From the NCBI GenBank assembly GCA_951406725.2, contig OX597814.1, positions 197,594,001-197,658,000 on the forward strand: a stretch of DNA of 64,000 nucleotides. Reading direction: 5' to 3'. This document shows, piece by piece, positions 13,031 to 27,854 of the stretch. The DNA comes from Octopus vulgaris (Eukaryota). Positions within the stretch are counted from its first letter, which is position 1; each line of letters starts with the position of its first letter. The position numbers were made by a program, and so were the translations under genes. Under the pieces are notes generated by a model that had not been told where the DNA came from, ran no database searches, and was given only the letters and a program-made list of their open reading frames with translations.

Positions 13031-13589
13031 ATTCCATTTTTTTCCATTCTTTCTGCTCTCTTTTATCCTATATTCCTGCTTTAAAATGGAGACAATCATT
13101 TGGCAAGATAATTCAAAATAACTCATTAATTAACTACCATCTACTGCTTATTGTTGTAGGGTCTAAGTCCCCAAATATACAAAATAGGCCATCCGTGCAT
13201 ATCGAAAAAGAAGCATTAAACTTCAAATGGATACATGACATACTGTTATGGCAGTGACAATGATATTTTAGCAAAATAGAAAAAAATTACATATGTTTTA
13301 TTCTGTGGCACAAATTTCTGTACCAGTAATTAAACTGTTTGTGTTGAGAAATACAAAAGCATGCGCGACTACAGTGAGAGGCCTTCGTTTGCATGGTATT
13401 ATTAGATGGGTTAGATATGACGTAATTTATTCACAACCTGGTGCTGAAGCAACATGAAATGTCGAAGTGTACTGACGCGCTTACCTATTTTAGGCACGCA
13501 CACACACACAAACACAGACGCACACTCAAACACAAATACACACACACACACACGTATATTAACATATACACACGCACACATCACACACA

Positions 13590-14985
<1,396 letters not shown>

Positions 14986-15038
14986 TATGTCTGAGCATGA
15001 CACAGCCACTGTCCATCGTACGTATACTAAAGAATACC

Positions 15039-15264
15039 TATTTCTTTATTACCCACAAGGGGCTAAACATAGAGGGGACAAACAAGGATAGACATAGGTA
15101 TTAAGCCGATTACATCGACCCAGTGCGAAACTGGTACTTTATTTATCGACCTCGAAAGGATGAAAGGCAAAGTCGACCTGGGCGGAATTTGAACTCAGAA
15201 CGTAACGACAGACGAAATACGGATACGCATTTCGCCCGGCGCGCTAACGATTCTACCAGCTCAC
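15039..15264 (-). mobile_element. SINE family B with 18-bp TSD
   Basis: TSD CGTATACTAAAGAATACC at 15021-15038 and 15265-15282. Confidence 0.9.
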
Positions 15265-15796
15265 CGTATACTAAAGAATACCAGTTCATCACCACCTTCT
15301 ATTTTCTTTTTATAAAGGATTTTAAACCCGAAATTTTGAAATAAAATGGAAACGTCCTTATGTGTTGTTTTGTTGCTGTTCTTAAGAATTTATATCTAGG
15401 TTACATTACACAGACCATCTGAGAAAATTTCATCCCCGCCCCCGCTCTTCCTCTCTCTCTCTCCCCCCTCACTCTTTCTTTCACTCTCTTTCTTTCTTAC
15501 TCCATGCATACAAAATGTATACTTCGAAACGCGGAGTAGATGAGTCAGAGGCGACTGAAGAAGGGGAATTTTCCTTGTGTCCTGAACTCTATTTTTTCGT
15601 TGTTTAAGAAAAATGTCCATTTCCTTGGTTTTGTGTTTGTTTTCGTTTCTCATTGTGTTCGACGTTTTTTTTTATTTTTGGTGTCCTGTACCCATATATG
15701 CATGTATATATACATGTAGATGTAGGTACGTACATATATGTATGTATATATGCATATGTTTTATTTATTAATTAGTTATTATACATTTATATACAG

Positions 15797-16301
<505 letters not shown>

Positions 16302-17203
16302 ATAGAGGATATGTACGTGTGTGTGTTTGTGTGTGTGTGTATGCATGTATATATATATATTCCTTTCTGTTGAAAAGCGTATGCTCGAAACGTATCCTGA
16401 GTTTCAAACTAATACAATTGTTTGTTGCCTTTGGCTTTTGTTTTTCTATAAATTTCAATTATATACGCATATGCATGTGTGTATGTGTGTGTGTGCGTGT
16501 AGGTATATATGCATATATGTACGTATGAGAGTGTGTATGTATTATATAAATATTTATGCGTATTTATGACTTTCCCTACTTGTAGTTGCTAATCTTATGG
16601 CAAAATTATGTATACAAGTCAAATCCTATTAAACATTATTCTTCTTAAATATCTCATAATATTAATTACTTCTCGGAAAAATGTAATAAAACAACCAATG
16701 TCTACCAACACTCATATATATACATCAAAACTGAAGAAGCTATTAAAACAAATGATTTTACATTTTCTGTTATTCCATATCGGAGAAGTATTGTTCGATT
16801 ATTTATGTTTCCATCTGTCATTATAATAAGAGGTCGCTTCATTAAAAGATGAAATATTTGATAACCGTAATACTTTTCAAAGAAATATCCATATTAACAC
16901 TTCATTAATGGTAGGCAGGTGATTTGAATAAATAACCATGCTTTCTAGCCTTTCATTTTTCTTATTAAATGTTGAGGATTTTTGGTGTCTAAGTTTAAAG
17001 TGATACCTAAATTAATAATTCTATGAAAATTTCCATCAACTGCAACTTTTAGATATGAATCTCTAAATAAACCAAAACCAATTTTTTATGATTCTCTCCA
17101 TCTGTTAAGCAATATCTGTATAGCCGTCATCTCGATATAAACCACATTGCAAATTAATAGATATATTATATATTAGATCTAAAGTAGAAAGTTTAAAAAG
17201 CCA

Positions 17204-17668
17204 TACTCTTTACTCTTTCTATTTTACTTGTTTCAGTCATCTTACTGCGGCCATGCTGGAGCTTCGCCTTTAGTCGAGCAAATCGACCCCCAGGACTTAT
17301 TCTTGGGAAGCCTAGTAATTATTCGCCGAACCGATAAGTTACGGGGACGTAAACACACCACCATCGGTTGCCAAGCGATGTTCGGGGGTTGGGACAAAGA
17401 CATACAAACATAAACACACACAAACATATACACATATGCCCCAGCATGGCCACAGCTCAAGAGCTGAAACTGGAAAACAAACAAACAAAACTCATACATA
17501 TATATATACATATATACGACGGGCTTCTTTTAGTTTCCGTCTACCAAATCCACTCACAAGGCATTGGCTATTGTAGAAGACACTTGCCCAAGGTGCCACG
17601 CAGTGGGACTGAACCTGGAACCATGTGGTTGGTAAGCAAGCTACTTACCACACAGCCACGCCTGCGCC
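17204..17668 (-). mobile_element. SINE family A carrying a 54-bp LINE 3' tail insertion (17438-17491, plus strand)
   Basis: Family A consensus; inserted GCCCCAGCATGGCCACAGCTCAAGAGCTGAAACTGG(AAAC)n. Confidence 0.85.
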
Positions 17669-18157
17669 ATATTCATAAATTTTTTACAGAACCTCAATTA
17701 CCTTTAGCTATACCTTTTTTTGTATACATGATTTGGTGAATAGAAGTCAGCGTTAGTAAGCTAAGAATATTTTCTAATTATCTCCAATTGTTCGGCATGC
17801 ATATTTCCGTCATCTCGATATAAGCCACTCTGCACATTTTAAAATATATTGTGCATTAGATCTGAAATGCAAAATCAGAAACAAAATACTGATAAATTTC
17901 AACAAAAACTCGACCACCTGTAGCTATATGTTTTTACATACAGGATTATTTCGACAGAAGAATCGGTGATTGAAATGCAATTTTTATGAAATCTAATGCT
18001 TGGTGAAGGTTATTGTGTCAATGACAGCAAACTAGAAATATTTTCAAATTATCTCCAATTTTGGTATACCCATATTTCGTATGATAATAAATCCGTCATC
18101 TCGATATAAATCGCATTGCGAATTATCAAATATATTGTATATTACAACTAAAATGTA

Positions 18158-18540
18158 ACTCTTTACTCTTTGCTCTTTTACTTGTTTCAGTCATGTGACT
18201 GTGGCCATGCTGGGTCACCGCCTTTGGTCGAGCAAATCGACCCCGGGACTTATTCTTTGTAAGCCTAGTACTTATTCTATCGTTCTCTTTTGCCGAACTG
18301 CTAAGTTACGGGGACGTAAACACACTTGCATCGATGTCGAGCGATGGTGGAGGGACAAACACGAGCACACAAACATATACACACACATATACATACATAT
18401 ACATATATATAAGACGGGCTTCTTTCATTTTCCGTCTACCAAATGCACTCACAAGGCTTTGGTCGGCCCGAGACTATAGTAGAAGACACTTGCCCAAGGT
18501 ACCACGCAGTGAGACTGAACCCGGAACCATGTGGTTGGTA
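18158..18540 (-). mobile_element. SINE family A, head truncated
   Basis: Family A consensus lacking the A-box. Confidence 0.88.
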
Positions 18541-20359
18541 AACTCAAAAATTTGAAAAATACCCGTTAAATCCTGCAGAAACTCGGGTACCCATAGCTAT
18601 TAGTTTTTGTATATAGGATTATTTTGACGTAATTATCAATTATTTAAATGTAGTTTCTGACGAAAGCTAATATTTTTGATACAAGGATTCAGTTAGTCAT
18701 CATGGAGTATAAGTCAATGACAGCAAACAAGGATGCCAACCAATAGTTACTGTAATAGCAACAATTGCTATAATAGCATCGATAAAACTCAACTGGGGTT
18801 AGTATATGATGGTAAATTTATTTCTGAGAAGAATTAATGTCTTAACGTACTTTCATTTATTCTACCTAACTCTCATTCAGTTATTAACCTTATAGGTTAA
18901 TAATCCAAATTAGGTTGTTAATAAAATTCTGAAGGTTGTTCTTAAATGTTATGTAATTACATCGTAAAACTACACATTCAAGAATGTCATATATTTGCAA
19001 CAACCATCAAGCTGAGTCCTTCATTTTGATGCTGAAAAACCTAAGCGTACTATTATTCATTTGGTTTTAGAAAAATTAGTAATACTACTGGATAAAACCT
19101 TGGTACACTAGTCTCTACTAATTTCATTTAAATTTTGATCATATTTAAAATTGTTTCAAAACTTCCCCTGAAATTTCTTGCTCATTATTTTGAAAAACAT
19201 CGGGAAATGCTAAAGCTACAAAGGGAGAAATGTGTACTGATATTTAACACTACATTAGGTGTGCACTTAGACTCGAGTGTCATATATTACGAGTGCAAGT
19301 TTTACTCAAGTACGACATATACATCATTGCAATTTATCCATAAGTGCTACTCGTTCACGAGTAAATACAGTATATATGGTCAACAATGGATAGTGTATTG
19401 TCCCCTTGACTAAGACACTTCATTTCACCCTGGTCTTGTCTATTCTGGTATAAAGGTGAAGTGACCAAGAGGATATCTATGTATCTTAGCGGATAATTAG
19501 CCATCAAAAGACTATGCTACCAAGCCACACGGGATCACCAGTAACAGCCGGGCTTACAGGTGTAAATAGTAGTTTGCAGTGTATACATTCAAATATTACA
19601 GTGCATGCCTGCTCTCTAGATATGCAATTTTCAGTTTCTATAAGTGCATTCTTTTTTCATTAATGTCCATCGAGTACTCCTTGTAGTAATTTGTTTCTTT
19701 CAACGAATAGGAATTTTTGATGATCAGGTGGGGCGCACCATAGAGTAACAGCTGAGGTCGTCGTAGTCGCAGAAGCGTGACGGCCTCAGAGGTGTGAAAA
19801 CCCATAGAGGCACATCGCTAATCAGCATAGTAATTTCAGATGCAGCAACGGCTGCAGAAACACAGTGATTTCAATGGTCTCGGGGGCTCATTTACTGCAA
19901 GGGCGTATCTTCGTTTCAGGGGAGTATCACTATAGTGGAGCGATTTTGGGAAGTCGGGTACATAGTTTGAAAGACAGGTGTACTGTCAGAAAAGTAGAGA
20001 ACTCCTGCGCTGTTGCTCAGCTTACTAGAAATATCCAAATCGCACTTACTCTTTTATCTTAAACGAAAAGAGGAAAATACATTGGAAAATGTAGTCTTAG
20101 ATACACTATGTCTGGAGAAAGAGTCAAAAGTTTCATTGCTGGAACGCCTTTAATCAGAAACCTGCTCGATTAAAGTGGAGGAGGGGGGAGGTAACAAAAA
20201 GTGAAACGATAAGAACTGTTCGCACTCCTAATTTCGTGTTAAATTTTCGTACAAAATTCATACGTTTAGCTTTATTCCATGTACAAGTCACACACCAGAC
20301 TTTTCGTTAAAATCAAGTATAACCGGTGTGATTTATACACGAGTAAATAGGGTATGATT

Positions 20360-21112
20360 GTATGTGTATATATGTATAAATATATACACATAGATATATA
20401 TAAATATACGGATATATATATGTGTGTATATATATGTGTATATATATGTATATACGTATGTATGTATAAGTGTATATAGATTTATATATTTATATATTAT
20501 ATGTATGTATGTATAGGTGTATATATGTATGTATATATGTATGTATATTTGTATATATATATGTACATATATGTATGTATATTTGTATATATATGTATGT
20601 ATATATGTATATATATGTATGTATATATGTATATATACATATGTACATTTTTGCGTATATATATATATGTATATATACATATGTACATTTATGCGTATAT
20701 ATATATATGTACACATGTTTATGTATATGTACATATATGTATATGTACATATATGCATATGTATATATATATATATGTACATATATGTACATATATGTAT
20801 ATATATATATATACATATGCATATATGTACATATATGTACATATACATAAACATGTGTACATATATATATACGCATAAATGTACATATGTATATATACAT
20901 ATATATATATACGCAAAAATGTTATGTACATATATGTACATATATGTATATATATATATATGTACATATATGTATATATATATACATATATGTATATATA
21001 TATATGTACATATATGTATATATATATATGTACATATATGTATATATATATATATGTACATATATATATATATGTATATATATATATGTACATATATGTA
21101 TATATATATATA

Positions 21113-21154
<42 letters not shown>

Positions 21155-21264
21155 TGTATATATATATATATATGTACATATATGTATATATATATATATG
21201 TACATATATGTATATATATATATATGTACATATATGTATATATATATATATATGTACATATATG

Positions 21265-21295
<31 letters not shown>

Positions 21296-21492
21296 GTACA
21301 TATATGTATATATATATATATGTACATATATGTATATATATATATATGTACATATATGTATATATATATATATATATGTACATATATGTATATATATATA
21401 TATATGTACATATATGTATATATATATATGTACATATATGTATATATATATATATGTACATATATGTATATATATATATATGTACATATATG

Positions 21493-21523
<31 letters not shown>

Positions 21524-22350
21524 GTACATATATGTATATATATATATATGTACATATATGTATATATATATATATGTACATATATGTATATATATATATA
21601 TATATATACATATATGTATATATGTATATATATTTGTGGATTCATAGTGTGGCTCATTCAGCGGTGGTGCCCCAGCATGGCCGCGGCCTTCGGGCTAAAA
21701 CATTTTTAAGGATTTTAAGGATTATATGTATATATATATATATATGTACATATATGTATATATGTATATATATGTATATATATATATATATATGTATATA
21801 TATGTACATATATGTATATATATATATGTACATATATGTATATATATATATGTACATATATGTATATATATATATGTACATATATGTATATATATATATG
21901 TACATATATGTATATATATATATGTACATATATGTATATATATATATGTACATATATGTATATATATATATGTACATATATGTATATATATATATGTACA
22001 TATATGTATATATATATATGTACATATATGTATATATATATATATGTACATATATGTATATATATATATATGTACATATATGTATATATATATATATGTA
22101 CATATATGTATATATATATATGTACATATATGTATATATATGTACATATATGTATATATATATATGTACATATATGTATATATATATATGTACATATATG
22201 TATATATATATGTACATATATGTATATATATATATGTACATATATGTATATATATATATGTACATATATGTATATATATATATATGTACAAATATGTATA
22301 TATATATATATATATGTACATATATATATATATATATATATGTACATATA

Positions 22351-22405
<55 letters not shown>
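20360..22405. repeat. About 2-kb alternating purine-pyrimidine array, unit TGTACATATATGTA(TA)n
   Basis: Directly visible. Confidence 0.95.
21634..21724 (+). mobile_element. CR1-group LINE family 1, extreme 3' end only (about 90 bp) inside the TA array
   Basis: GTGGATTCA..TAGTGTGGCTCATTCAGCGGTGGTGCCCCAGCATGGCCGCGGCCTTCGGGCTAAAAC, near-identical to 4618-4700. Confidence 0.9.
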
Positions 22406-22861
22406 TTGTGCGTGTGTGCTGGTGTTCTTTAAACGCAATAAGCAGTAGACAAGCGGGGATATTCAGATATTTCGAAGTAGGTGAACTTCTTTGACTAGAT
22501 AATCTCATAAGCATTTAAAACATTCGGAGAACAAAGAATGTGAACTCAATGATAAATAGATTAGAGAAAGTTATCGATTAAAGACCGTTTGTTGTTCTTT
22601 ATACGGAAGCTGCTTGTGAGAAAACTTGTTGTCAATCATCTCCGCACACAAGCACACAGAAAATCTGATTAAATCTGTACTCATGTCATAAGTCCGTCAA
22701 ATGCTATGTTTTAAATCTTTTTGAAAATAATTTTTTTACAAATCACATGAATGTACGTAAGCACACATGTGTGGGTGTGCGTGTGCGTGTGTGGACTTGT
22801 ATGACACACCTGAGCAAAATAAATTACGCTCACCCACACACACGCATGCATGCGCACATAT

Positions 22862-23312
22862 ATCATCATCATTGTTCGACCGTGGTCGAGACAATGGAAT
22901 TTACCATGCTACGCCAGACTTCACAGTCCATTATAGCATTACGGAGGTCCTGTTGCTGGGTGCCTGTATCCCTGGAGATTACATCAGGGTAGGAGAGTGT
23001 GCGCCCTCTGGTATCGCGAGCAGATGGCTTCCAGAGGAGAAAAGTAGTAATTGCCTCGTTTTCAGGTCTACAACAATGTCCAGCCATCTGGACTCTTCTA
23101 CCTTTCATAAGAGATGCCACAGGTGGTAGTTTCCCATATATTTGCATTTTGGTTGGATGACTCTTCCACGAGAGATTTTGGGCTCTCATAAGGAGGCGAG
23201 TGTAGGTTCCATCCAACCGCCTCTCAAGCTTCTTTGATAATGTCCAGGTTTCTGAGCCATATAGTAGAATTGGTTCGACTGTGGCTTTGAAGATTTTAAG
23301 TTTGAAGTCTCT
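22862..23312 (-). mobile_element. RTE-group LINE 3' end (post-RT C-terminus)
   Basis: KIFKATVEPILLYGSETWTL...LDGTYTRLL...AGHC; stop followed by (TGA)n tail. Confidence 0.85.
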
Positions 23313-23335
23313 ACTTATATATAAGCACATATATA

Positions 23336-23567
23336 TATTTCTTTACTGCCCACAAAGGGCTAAACATAGAAGGGACAAACAAGGACAGACAAAGGGATTA
23401 AGTCGATTACATCGACCCCAGTGCGTAACTGGTACTTTATTTATCGACCCCGAATGGATGAAAGGTAAAGTCGACCTCGGCGGAATTTGAACTCAGAACG
23501 TAGCGGCGGACGAAATACGGCTACGCTTTTCGCCCGGCGTCCTAACATTTCTGCCACCTCACCGCTT
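23336..23567 (-). mobile_element. SINE family B
   Basis: Family B consensus; imperfect TSD AAGCACATATATA / AAGAACATATATA. Confidence 0.88.
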
Positions 23568-23592
23568 AAGAACATATATAAACATACACATA

Positions 23593-23808
23593 CGGGGAGT
23601 TACTGAAAATTCCTGGCTTTAAGAGTATCGCGAAAGGCTTGGTTGATGACCCAACATTCCAAGTTCTTTTGTAGGGTTTAGAAAGATTGAAGGCCCGCCG
23701 CAATAAAAGTGTGAATCTGAGGGAAGAATATGTTCAATAAAATCATAATCTACTGATCCTCCTGTATTTTCTTTTATTCAAAGCCATGAACTTTTCAGCA
23801 ACCCCTTT
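23593..23808 (+). mobile_element. Mariner-derived MITE
   Basis: TIRs CGGGGAGTTACTGAAAATTCCTGGCTTT / AAAGCCATGAACTTTTCAGCAACCCCTT; TA at both ends; internal SVNLREEYVQ* resembles the mariner transposase C-terminus. Confidence 0.8.
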
Positions 23809-23841
23809 TACATGCATTATACATACATACATACATTAGCA

Positions 23842-24250
23842 TATACTGACAAGTGTAAGCATAACAGGTCGGATATTGTTGTTTGGGACTGACAAGAAAA
23901 AGCATGTACTGTCATAGAGGCTAGCTGTCCTATTGGTGTAAATATCTCTTTCAAAATCAAAGAGTAATAGGATAACTATGGGCAACTACTTAGAAACCTC
24001 CAGCTTCGATATCCAGGTTATAAATTCAAATTTATATCAATAATTATTGATGCACTTCGTCTTGTTAGTAAATACCAAAGCGACAATCCGGATAAGCAAG
24101 AATTTTCAGAAAAAGAAATCAACCAACTCACACATTACAAATACAATCTGTAAGCGGAACAGTAAAAATATACAAGGCTTTTCTCAAGTTTGATGAATCT
24201 TTGTAGATTTGTTAGAGACCAGGTCCTTCCCCCGAGGAAGAATTTAAGTA
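23842..24250 (+). mobile_element. R4-like retrotransposon restriction-like endonuclease (RLE) 3' fragment
   Basis: KCKHNRSDIVVWD*QEKACTVIEASCP...NYGQLLRNLQ...; decayed PD-(D/E)xK-type motif with stops. Confidence 0.7.
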
Positions 24251-24616
24251 ATTGAAAACAGAAGAGAACATATAGACATAGACATAAGAAAAGTAGAGAT
24301 TATGTCACCGTAATTTTTTTTTTTTTTAGAAAGTAAACAAAACACACACTAGAAATTAACTCAAAATTTCATCCGGTATTACCAAAGATAAAAGAAAATA
24401 AACAAATGAGAAGGATACTTATTCGCAAGAGATAAAATTCCAATCCTTCTTTTTGTATGAAGAAATTTTCTTTCTATACTTGGAGGCAATCGAAGTACAG
24501 TATGTCACCACGCGGTGTCTTCGACGATAATTCTACCTTGCGTCACTGATTCTAATGTATAATATTAAAAGTTTAGTGTAGTATATTGCGTTTCTTTATT
24601 AAAAAAAGGAGGCATA

Positions 24617-24823
24617 GGCGTAGGAGTGGCTGTGTGGTAATTAGCTTTCTTACCAACAACATGGTTCCGGGTTCAGTCCCATTGCGTGGCATCTTGGGCA
24701 AGTGTCTTCTACTCTAGCCTCGGGGCGACCAAAGCCTTGTGAGTGGATTTGATAAAGGGAAACTGAAAGAAGCCCGTCGTATATATGTATATATATATAT
24801 ATGTGTGTGTGTATATATATATG

Positions 24824-24864
<41 letters not shown>

Positions 24865-25078
24865 ATATATATTTGTGTCTGTGTCTGTCCCACCAACTTC
24901 GCTTGACAACCAATACTGGTATGTTTACGTCCCCGTAACTTAGCGGTTCGGCAAAAGAGACCGATAGAATAAGTACTAGGCTTTGCAAGAATAAGTCCTG
25001 GAGTCGATTTGTTCGACTAAAGGCGGTGCTCCAGCATGGCCACAGTCAAATGACTGAAACAAGTAAAATAGTAAAAGA
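24617..25078 (+). mobile_element. SINE family A, full length
   Basis: Family A consensus. Confidence 0.9.
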
Positions 25079-25084
25079 ATATAT

Positions 25085-25590
25085 GAATTTCAAGATTCTC
25101 ATACTGAAGTGTACTTACCAAAATCAAAAGCAGTAATTCTCAATTTATGTTTCAAACAAACACCATTTTCCTATATTACTTCATAAGTAAAAAAACAAAA
25201 ACTACCATTCGTTAAATTATACAAATTTTACATTTGATATTACTGAAGAGAAGGAGAATCATCTATAAATGCTTATCAATATAGGATTCCATTATTCTAT
25301 ATTATCTAAGTCTATGAACGGATTTTGCACAACCATAATGGATTATTACAGAAGACCAACAACCAAGGAAGTATATATGGATTTAAAGACTCTCATACTA
25401 AAGTGTACTTACCAAACTCAAAAGCAGTGATTTTTAATTTTCAATTTATATTTCAAACAAACACAATTTTATAGTATTTCTTCAAGTTTTTAATGAACTA
25501 CCATTCGATATATTATACAAAATTCAAATTTTATATCTCTGAAGAGCAGAAGAGTTGTCTATAAATGCTTAACAATACAGGATTCCTTTA
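25085..25590. repeat. Diverged tandem duplication, about 295-bp period
   Basis: CTCATACT(G/A)AAGTGTACTTACCAAA...ACTACCATTCG...CTATAAATGCTTA...AGGATTCC occurs twice. Confidence 0.8.
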
Positions 25591-25709
25591 TAGGGACAGC
25601 ACTTCTGTGAAACGATCGTAAGATGTTTTAAAAACTTAATTCAAAACTTTTAAACTGTCATATACATTATATATTTATACTTGTACATATTTACATATAT
25701 TAATATATA

Positions 25710-26965
25710 TAAATCCTTAAAAATGTTTTAGCCCGAAAGCTGCGGCCATGCTGGGGCACTACCGTTCAATGTGCTACACTAGTATATGAAACCACCTCTG
25801 ATACGTGGCACTTGGTCAACAAGGGAGTTCGACGCCGCTGCCCGCATCTGTGTTTCCTGTAGAGAGGTAGGTTCATCTGGAACATCTGACAAGAAGAGAT
25901 CCAGTTTAGTTTTAAAGAAACCCGCATCCACACCATGCAGGTCTCTCAGGCATTTAGGAAGGATATTGAAGAGCTGTGGTCCCCTGAAACCCAAGCTGTT
26001 GCAGTATCTGGTCCTGTATTTTGATGGTGATGTTGGGATCTTTGGCACCATGCAGTGGCGCCCCGTTCTGCTGTTGGGGTAACTTTCAATGCCAAAATTC
26101 GGGACAAGGCCCTCTAGGATTTTCCTGATATACATCACTGCATATCTCACTCGCCTTCGCTCCAGGGAGAAGAGTTTTAACACTTTCAGTCTTTTGCAGT
26201 ATCTGGTATTTTGCATTGAGACGATCTTCTTAGTGTAGCTTCGTTGGATAGCTTCGAGTTCTGCTGTTAACTTTATATTGTGTGGTGACCATAGTTAGGA
26301 GCAGTAGTCCAAGCGGCTGAGGACGAAAGTTTTCCAAAGGACCATCAGTGTCTACTTCTCTCTAATTCTGAAAGTTTGGTGGATCCATCCAGCTAGCCGT
26401 CTGCATTTCATTACCAAATTGGCAATATACACTTGGAAAGATGCATCATTGCTCATGTCAATGGCCAGGTCACACACTGATTTTGACTCACGAATTGCAA
26501 TTCTTCCCGGGCCAGTGTATCCAGTCTGCATGTCGTTTACCTTTTGTGTGCCGGTAGCGCAGGGCTTGGAACTTCCCCGCATTAAATTGCATGTTGTTGT
26601 CCTCAGCCCGCCTGTATATTGTATCCAACTCCTGTTGCAGATGGGCAATATTTTCAGGGTTTTGAATTGTCTGAGAGATTTTTGTGTTATCTGCATAGCT
26701 AGCAAGGGTGGCCATCTTAGCAACTGGGGGCATGTCTGAAAGGGCCACTATGAACAGCAGTGGCCCTAAGACAGTGCTCTGTGGAACATCACTTGTTATT
26801 TGTGTTTCCTTGGAGGTGGCTCATTGGCCACAACTGCCTGTCTTCTATCTTTTAGGAAGTTGTGCAGCCACTCTCCAAGTTTCCGGCCTATGCCGAGATC
26901 ACGCAGTTTGTAACAGATCATACCATGGTGGACTTTATTAAACGCTTTTGCATAGTCGAGATATA
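25710..26965 (-). pseudogene. CR1-group LINE family 1, RT to 3' end, decayed
   Basis: [46 protein letters not shown]; frameshifts and stops. Confidence 0.9.
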
Positions 26966-26966
26966 T

Positions 26967-27015
<49 letters not shown>

Positions 27016-27024
27016 TTTTTTTTT

Positions 27025-27840
27025 TCTGTAGTTTCAGCTCAGAGCTACGGCCATGCTCATGTACTGTTGTTTTGCTACATTGTTTTTACTAAGAGTCTCC
27101 TCCAATATGTGACACTTGGTGAAGAATGGAGTTTGATTAGCTACCCTCATTTGCACCTCTTGCTGTGATGTAGGTCCAGCTTTGATTTACAAACGCCTAC
27201 ATCTACATTGTGCAGGTTCCTCAGGCTCTTTGGGAGAATATTAAAAAGCTGCGGGCTCTTGAAACCTGGTCCTGAAGCGCGATTGTGTTGCTGAGATCTT
27301 TGGCAATATGCAGTGTCATCCCGTACTGGCATTGGTGTAGCTTTCCTGGATCTTCCAGACATATATTACTGTATACCTCTCCCCTCTTCTCTCCAGAGTC
27401 TTAGTTGTTTCAGCCTTTCCCAGTAACTGAGCAATTGCAAAGGAACGATCTTCTTTGTGAATCTTCCCCAGATTACTTCAAGGTCCGCTGTTAATTTTAC
27501 ACTCATGGGTGACCACACCTCGAAGCAATAATCCACGTGGCAGAGGACGAATGTCCTCCAGAGGACCATCTGGTTCTGAATGTTCTCAGGATCCAGCCAG
27601 CCAGTCGTCTTCACATTGTCGCCATCCTGGTGATGTGCACTTGGAAAGAGTTATCATCACTCATGTCGATATCCAGGTCCCTCACTGATTTAGGTTCTGG
27701 GTTTGAGATTTCCTGTGGACCAGTGTACTCTGTTTTGGACGCTGGTAGCGTAGGGCTTGGAATATTGCAGCATTAAACTACATATTATTATCCTCAGTCC
27801 ATCTGTAAATTTAGTCCAACTGCTGCTGCAGATGTGCATA
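27025..27840 (-). pseudogene. CR1-group LINE family 1 3' fragment with internal deletions
   Basis: [36 protein letters not shown]; 3' tail. Confidence 0.85.
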
Positions 27841-27854
27841 TAAAATATATATAT

